DNA of 62,341 nt, filler included, from Caldilineae bacterium (GTDB lineage Bacteria > Chloroflexota > Anaerolineae > DTLA01): assembly GCA_037446815.1 (NCBI GenBank). It is 11 parts of 11 records of this genome, joined end to end, with 100 filler letters (N's around TTAATTAATTAA, not from the genome) between each part and the next. Parts side by side here need not be neighbours in the genome. Positions count along the whole stretch, not along the records: positions 56,913 to 62,341 come from JBBIHX010000190.1; 10 more parts are not named here. The stretch is one strand, 5' to 3'. Both the position numbers and the translations under genes were made by a program. A model generated the notes under the pieces. That model saw only the letters and a program-made list of their open reading frames with translations. It made no database searches and was not told where the DNA came from. Of this stretch, positions 57,048 to 62,341 are shown one piece after another; within the stretch, counting starts at the first letter, position 1; every line of letters starts with the position of its first letter.

Positions 57048-58430
57048 ATGCTCTTTGAACACGGCATGTTGATCACCGTGGATAAGGCCCGGCGCATTGT
57101 TCAGGATGGCGCCATCCTGGTGCGGGACGGGCGCATTGCCGCGGTGGGCAAGTCCTACGACCTGGCCCACGCCTTCCCCAACGAACCCCGCGAAGACCTG
57201 CGCGGCGATGTGGTGCTGCCCGGCCTGGTGGATACCCACGTGCACCTGGCCCAGGCCATGATTCGGGGCTGCGCCGACGACCTGGAACTGATTGAGTGGC
57301 TGGGCAAGCGGGTCTGGGTGCTCCAGGGCAACTACGATGAGGCCGACGGCCGCGCCAGCGCCGAACTCTGCATGGTGGAGATGCTCAAGTCCGGCACGAC
57401 GGCTTTTCTGGAGTGCATGATTGCGGGGCGCTACGGGCTGGACGGGATCGCCGAGGCGCTTGTCCAGTCGGGGATGCGCGGCGTCCTGTCCAAGATCGTC
57501 ATGGACACCGCCACCTACGCGTCCAAGGACGACTGGATGTACCCAGGGATGCGCGAGGATCGCGATACGACCCTCCGTCAGGCGCTGGACGCCTTTGACC
57601 GATGGAATGGTGCGGGCGACGGGCGGGTGCAGGTGTGGTTTGGCCCGCGGACGCCGGGCGGAGTGAGTCCGGAACTGTACCGCGAGATCGCGCGCCTGGC
57701 CGACGAGCGCGGGATGGGTATCACCGTGCACCTGGCCGAGGTGCGCGCCGACCGAGAGTTCCTGCTGGGCACCTACGGGCGCAAGCCGGTGGAGTTTGCC
57801 CAGGACGTGGGCTTGCTGGGGCCGCGCCGCGTGTTGGCCCATGTCATCTGGGTGGATGACGACGAGATTCGGGTGCTGGCCGAGACCGGCACCCACGTAA
57901 CCCACAACCCTGCGTCCAACTCCAAACTGGCGTCGGGGTTTGCCCGCATCGCCGAGATGGTGGGGGCGGGCGTCAACGTTACCGTGGGGTGCGATGGCGG
58001 GCCGAGCAACAACACCTACGACCTGTTGCGCGACCTGCGCTGGGTGTGCTATCTCCAGAAGGCGCGGCTGCTAGATCCCGAAACGGTGCCCGCCGAGACG
58101 GCCTTGGAGATGGCCACCATCAACGGGGCCAGGGCGCTGGGCTGGGAAGATGAAATCGGCTCGCTGGAGGTTGGCAAGAAGGCCGACTTCGTGGTGCTGG
58201 ACATGAACAAGCCGCACCTGACGCCATCGCCGAACCCCGTGTCCACGGTGGTGCACTGCGCGACGGGCGCCGATGTGCGCCTGGTGGTGATTGACGGCAA
58301 GGCGGTGGTGCGGGACGGGCGCGTGCTCACACTAGACGAGGAGCGGGTGATGCGGACGGCGCGGGCGCGGGCCGAGGCGCTGTACGAGCGGGCGGGGGTG
58401 CACGTGAGGCCGCGCTGGCCGGTGGAATAG
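57048..58430 (+). CDS. amidohydrolase, MtaD/SsnA/AtzA deaminase family
   Basis: PGLVDTHVH, HLAE, LAHVI, HNPASN.KLASG, GCDG..SNN, GSLEVGKKAD. Confidence 0.92.
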   Translation: MLFEHGMLITVDKARRIVQDGAILVRDGRIAAVGKSYDLAHAFPNEPREDLRGDVVLPGLVDTHVHLAQAMIRGCADDLELIEWLGKRVWVLQGNYDEADGRASAELCMVEMLKSGTTAFLECMIAGRYGLDGIAEALVQSGMRGVLSKIVMDTATYASKDDWMYPGMREDRDTTLRQALDAFDRWNGAGDGRVQVWFGPRTPGGVSPELYREIARLADERGMGITVHLAEVRADREFLLGTYGRKPVEFAQDVGLLGPRRVLAHVIWVDDDEIRVLAETGTHVTHNPASNSKLASGFARIAEMVGAGVNVTVGCDGGPSNNTYDLLRDLRWVCYLQKARLLDPETVPAETALEMATINGARALGWEDEIGSLEVGKKADFVVLDMNKPHLTPSPNPVSTVVHCATGADVRLVVIDGKAVVRDGRVLTLDEERVMRTARARAEALYERAGVHVRPRWPVE

Positions 58431-58519
58431 GACACGCGTCCGCAACCCTGGCGGCTTGGGCGGGTTTTCGTCAGTAAGCGGAGGAGGCTCCGCAGACGAT
58501 ACTGCTTTGGGGGAGGAAA

Positions 58520-59698
58520 ATGGACATCTTTGCGAAGTGTGAGCAGTTTACGCAGGCGGCAGATGCGCGAAAGGCGGGGTATTATCCGTACTTCATTCCG
58601 CTGCAGGACACCGAAGGGACGGAGGTGGTCATCAACGGCCACCGACTGATTATGATTGGCTCCAACAACTACCTGGGCCTGACGACACATCCCAAGGTGC
58701 GCGAGGCGGCGCTGGATGCCGTGCGACGCTATGGGACATCGTGCACGGGGTCGCGGTTCTTGAACGGGACGCTGGAACTGCACGAGGAACTGGAGCGACG
58801 GCTGGCGGCCTTCATGCGCAAGGAGGCCGCGCTCGTCTTCAGCACCGGCTACCAGACCAACGTGGGCACCATCTCGTCGCTGGTGGGGCGCGGCGATTTC
58901 GTCATCACCGACCGCGACGATCACGCCAGCATTGTGGACGGCTGCCGCTTGGCCTTCGGCGAGATGAAGCGGTTCCGCCACAACGACGTGGCCGATTTGG
59001 AGCGAGTCCTGGCGTCGCTGCCCGAGGACGCGGGCAAACTGGTCATCGTGGACGGCGTCTTCAGCATGGGCGGCGACATCGCCCCGCTGCCAGAGATCGT
59101 GCCGGTGTGCAAGAAGTACGGCGCGCGCCTGATGGTGGACGATGCCCATTCCGTCGGCGTCCTGGGCGAGGGGCGGGGGACAGCGGCCCATTTCGGCATG
59201 GACGACGACGCCGATTTGGTCATGGGGACGTTCAGCAAGTCGTTTGCGTCGCTGGGCGGGTTCATTGCGGGCAAGGCGAAGGTGATTGACTACATCAAGC
59301 ACACGGCGCGGTCGCTCATCTTCAGCGCTAGCATTCCTGCGGCGAACGCGGCGGCGGCCATGGCGGCCCTGGAGATTATGCAGACGGAACCCGAGCGCCG
59401 CCAGCGACTTATGGCCATCGCCGACAAGATGCGCAAAGGGTACAAGGCGCTGGGGTTCAACATCGGCGAGAGCCAGACGCCCATCATTCCCATCATCATC
59501 GGCGACGACACCAAAACGTTCATGACATGGAAGGCGCTGTTCGCCGCGGGCGTGTACACGAACCCGGTGATCTCGCCGGCGGTTCCGCCAGGCATGGCGC
59601 TCTTGCGCACCAGTTACATGGCCACCCACACCGACGAGCAGATGGATCGCGTGCTGGACATCTTCGCGAAGGTGGGCAAGGAGATGGGCATCATCTAG
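58520..59698 (+). CDS. PLP-dependent alpha-oxoamine synthase, serine palmitoyltransferase-like
   Basis: [45 protein letters not shown]. Confidence 0.85.
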   Translation: MDIFAKCEQFTQAADARKAGYYPYFIPLQDTEGTEVVINGHRLIMIGSNNYLGLTTHPKVREAALDAVRRYGTSCTGSRFLNGTLELHEELERRLAAFMRKEAALVFSTGYQTNVGTISSLVGRGDFVITDRDDHASIVDGCRLAFGEMKRFRHNDVADLERVLASLPEDAGKLVIVDGVFSMGGDIAPLPEIVPVCKKYGARLMVDDAHSVGVLGEGRGTAAHFGMDDDADLVMGTFSKSFASLGGFIAGKAKVIDYIKHTARSLIFSASIPAANAAAAMAALEIMQTEPERRQRLMAIADKMRKGYKALGFNIGESQTPIIPIIIGDDTKTFMTWKALFAAGVYTNPVISPAVPPGMALLRTSYMATHTDEQMDRVLDIFAKVGKEMGII

Positions 59699-59874
59699 GG
59701 TGGCGCGCCCCGCCCGAACTGTCGTCGCGATGTTTGATTGCGAGGGCGCGGAGCGCCCGAAGCAGTCTTCGGGGCGTGCGATTGCTTCGCTTCGCTCGCA
59801 ATGACAGACGAGGGGAGTGTGCCTGCGGTTCACCAACACAAGATGAGACCGACTCAGCGACGGGGCCGTTCCCT

Positions 59875-61389
59875 CTACGGCCCCGTCGCGTAGACCCGTA
59901 TCGCGGCCTCGCCGTTCAGTGGGCACTTGTACTCGCAGATGCCGCACCCGATGCACCGCTCGCGGATGACGCGGGGGCGGCGCACCTCGGCGGACGCGCC
60001 ATCCGGACGGGTTACCGTTTGCACGTCCAGGACGATGGCCTTCTCGGGCACGGGGCACATCTCCTCGCACACGATGCAGTCCACGCCGTCGGCCCAGGGG
60101 ATGCAACGGTTCGCGTCTATGTAGGCCAGGCCGATGACCGCCCGCCGCTTGTCGTCCAGCGCGAGGGGCGGGATGGCGCCGGTCGGGCACGCCTGGCCGC
60201 AGGAGTTGCAGGAGTAGTCGCAGTAGCCCAGGCGCGGCACCAGCACGGGCGTCCACAGCCCCTCCAACCCCGCCGTGAAGAGGCTCGGCTGCAACCCCGA
60301 CGTGGGACAGACCTTCATGCATTCGCCGCAGCGGATGCACTTGTCCAGCAGGCCGTTTTCCCGCGCGCCTGGCGGTCGGATGAGGCGCGAGTCGTCGCGT
60401 TTGGCGGCGGGAGCGGCGCGCAGCAGGCCCACGCCTGCGACGGCAATCCCAAGCGATGCCAACGCCTGCCGCCGCGATGGGTCGTATTCGCGCCACGCGG
60501 CAGGCGCGAGGTGCGCACGGAATGCAATGGCGCCCGTGGGGCAGACGGCCGCGCAGTCCAGACACAGGGTGCACTCGGCGGGGTCGGCGGCATACCCGCG
60601 CGCGGCGTCTATCGTTCCGGTGGGGCAAGCGCGGGCGCACTTGCCGCAGGCGATGCACGCGCCGGCGTCCACCCGATGGCGCACGAACGCGACCTTGGAC
60701 ATGATGCCCAGCAGCGCGCCCAGCGGGCACAGGTAGCGGCACCAGAACCGCGGTCGGATTGCGTTCAAGGCCACAATCGCGACGAAGACCAGCGCTAGTA
60801 GGATGCCCTGCTGAAACACCGGCTCGCCGCCCACCAGCCCCGCGCTACGCAGCGCGCGGTCCAGCCACTCCAGCGGCCTTTGCAGCGGCGCGATGCCGTA
60901 CAGCGCCGATGTCGCAGCCGTCAGGAGGGCGTTGACGGCCGGCAGGACCGACGCGCCCATCGTGCGGAACAGGATGGTGAGCGGGTCCAGCACGAGCAGG
61001 GTGAGGTTGCCCAGGAGCGCGGCGAACAGGATGATGAGCAGCACCCCGTGTTTCACCTTACGCCAGCCGCCGCGCGGGTCGGCCTGGGTTGGGGAGTTGC
61101 GCGGGCGCGTCCAATCCAGCAGCGCGCCGAGGGGACACAGCCACCCGCACCACGCTCGCCCCACGGCGATCGCCAGGGCCACGGTCGCCAGCCCCAGCGC
61201 CAGCGCCGGAATCCACCGCCTGCCTGCCAGCATGGCGGCGAGCCCCGCCAGCGGGTCCAGGCGGAAGAACAGGTCGTGGGGCACGATCGTGGGCAGTCCC
61301 TGCCGCGTGCCCAGGAGTAGGTATACGAACAGTAGCAGCGCGACAACCTGCACTGCCTGTCGGATTCGGCGCCATGCGTTTGCGGTCAT
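59875..61389 (-). CDS. membrane polyferredoxin (NapH/MauN plus NapG/MauM-like)
   Basis: GRAWCGWLCPLG, RFWCRYLCPLG, IRPPGA, multiple CxxCxxCxxxCP motifs. Confidence 0.9.
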   Translation of the reverse strand: MTANAWRRIRQAVQVVALLLFVYLLLGTRQGLPTIVPHDLFFRLDPLAGLAAMLAGRRWIPALALGLATVALAIAVGRAWCGWLCPLGALLDWTRPRNSPTQADPRGGWRKVKHGVLLIILFAALLGNLTLLVLDPLTILFRTMGASVLPAVNALLTAATSALYGIAPLQRPLEWLDRALRSAGLVGGEPVFQQGILLALVFVAIVALNAIRPRFWCRYLCPLGALLGIMSKVAFVRHRVDAGACIACGKCARACPTGTIDAARGYAADPAECTLCLDCAAVCPTGAIAFRAHLAPAAWREYDPSRRQALASLGIAVAGVGLLRAAPAAKRDDSRLIRPPGARENGLLDKCIRCGECMKVCPTSGLQPSLFTAGLEGLWTPVLVPRLGYCDYSCNSCGQACPTGAIPPLALDDKRRAVIGLAYIDANRCIPWADGVDCIVCEEMCPVPEKAIVLDVQTVTRPDGASAEVRRPRVIRERCIGCGICEYKCPLNGEAAIRVYATGP

Positions 61390-61401
61390 CGGTTTCTCTC
61401 C

Positions 61402-61469
61402 GGGCCATTAGCCGTTAGCCTTTCGCCGTTGGCCGTTCGCCTTTGGCTGCTGGCTAAAGGCGGGTGCTA
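61402..61469. repeat. inverted heptamer array beginning at the DUF362 TAG stop
   Basis: Minus strand TAGCACC..TAGCCAG CAGCC / AAAGGCG AACGGCC AACGGCG AAAGGCT AACGGCT AATGGCC. Confidence 0.75.
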
Positions 61470-62341
61470 GATGCGGATTTCCTCCACCTTCACCCCCGCC
61501 AGGTCCATGGTGCCCAGGCCCATCTTGGCGGCGGCGGGGATGTAGGACACGTCGGCCGGCGTCAGCCCGAACAGCGAGGTCGCGTAGGCGTCGGCGGCGA
61601 CGATGTCGGCGCTGGCGATGACCGTGTTCGCCTGCTTGACGTCGGCCAGGTTGCCGCCGGTGGGGCCGTTGGCCATCAGGATGCGCACGGCGTCCACGAC
61701 CGTCAACGTTGGGCGCACTAGGCTGGTGAGTTCGGCGATGCGCTGGCCCATGTTGCGGTGCATGGCGGGCCGATCCCAGATGACGCCGAGCAGGTTCTTC
61801 ATCCCCAGGGTCAGCCGCGCCAGGCCGTGGTCCTTGGCGATGGGCACGTTGATGAACACGTCGGCATCCAGCGCATCGCGGTAGATGCGAATCTGCTTGA
61901 GGTCTCGGCCCTGGGGGATGGGCACCGTCGCGTACTTCATCTCGGACATGATTTCCATCTGGCCGCCGGCGGCTTTCACGGCGTCGGCGATGCCGCTGCG
62001 GGCGTAGGCGGCCTCCGGAGTCCCGCCGAAGGGGTTGTCCATCACCCGCACGCGCTTGGCGCCCGCCCCCAGGCACAAGGCCACCAGCGCCGCCACGACG
62101 TCGGGGTTGGTGGTGGCTGCGTACTCCGGGCCGTGATAGGCCACGCAGATGTTGGGCTTGATGATGACGTCGGCGCCGGGCTTCACGAATTGTTCTATGC
62201 CGCCGATGGCGCGGAGGGCCGCCTGCACCAGGGCTGTGGGATTATCGCCGCGTGCGACGGCCAGGTAGGCATCGCCAGTGGCGGGTGTCGGCGTGGGGGG
62301 CTGGGCGGTCGTTGCGGTCGCGGGGGTCGGAGCCTGGGTGG
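61467..62341 (-). CDS. DUF362 domain protein (5' end outside the window)
   Basis: IIKPNI, ATTNPDVV, INVPIAKDH, TLGMKNL, DIVAADA; frame stays open to the window end through a Pro/Thr linker. Confidence 0.9.
   Translation of the reverse strand, partial: TQAPTPATATTAQPPTPTPATGDAYLAVARGDNPTALVQAALRAIGGIEQFVKPGADVIIKPNICVAYHGPEYAATTNPDVVAALVALCLGAGAKRVRVMDNPFGGTPEAAYARSGIADAVKAAGGQMEIMSEMKYATVPIPQGRDLKQIRIYRDALDADVFINVPIAKDHGLARLTLGMKNLLGVIWDRPAMHRNMGQRIAELTSLVRPTLTVVDAVRILMANGPTGGNLADVKQANTVIASADIVAADAYATSLFGLTPADVSYIPAAAKMGLGTMDLAGVKVEEIRI

Noticed and set aside
58049..60742. Long antisense/alternative ORFs (also 43185-45467, 9787-11502, 3895-5523)
   Set aside because: Shadow ORFs of high-GC coding genes with no recognisable motifs

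Overview
This is not one locus. It is 11 unlinked contigs of about 5.4-5.7 kb, sorted by decreasing length and joined by N44-TTAATTAATTAA-N44 linkers, plus two plain 100-N scaffold gaps. Gene neighbourhood is valid only within a contig. The source is a high-GC bacterium, probably an anaerobic Chloroflexota (Anaerolineae-like) MAG; this assignment is inference. Housekeeping genes present: recA-recX-rny, proS, mtaB, rplI, tadA + tRNA-Ser(CGA), queH-ruvB, pyrB, pyrC, glnA, deoC, a KimA-like permease with two TrkA proteins, a PadR-ECF-XdhC operon and an MNT-HEPN toxin-antitoxin pair. Most interesting signals: (1) inverted heptamer arrays (YAGCNRT)n that start on TAG stop codons inside operons, one pair enclosing a four-helix-bundle (IVS/Avd-like) gene; (2) two independent oligopeptide-ABC permeases fused to catalytically degenerate PA-M28 domains, possibly built-in receptors; (3) a pilus-like operon (tip adhesin, major subunit, membrane-anchored Ig protein, FN3 protein) under an 11-bp-phased operator array; (4) an IscB-like PLMP domain fused to QueH; (5) an HdrE/HdrD-like complex with a lipoyl carrier and lipoate ligase; (6) a hidden UGA-readthrough selenoprotein with a SECIS-like hairpin; (7) a MITE with 12-bp TIRs and 8-bp TSDs, and a TA islet bounded by a duplicated gene 3' end. 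All family calls come from motif recognition by eye; no searches were run.
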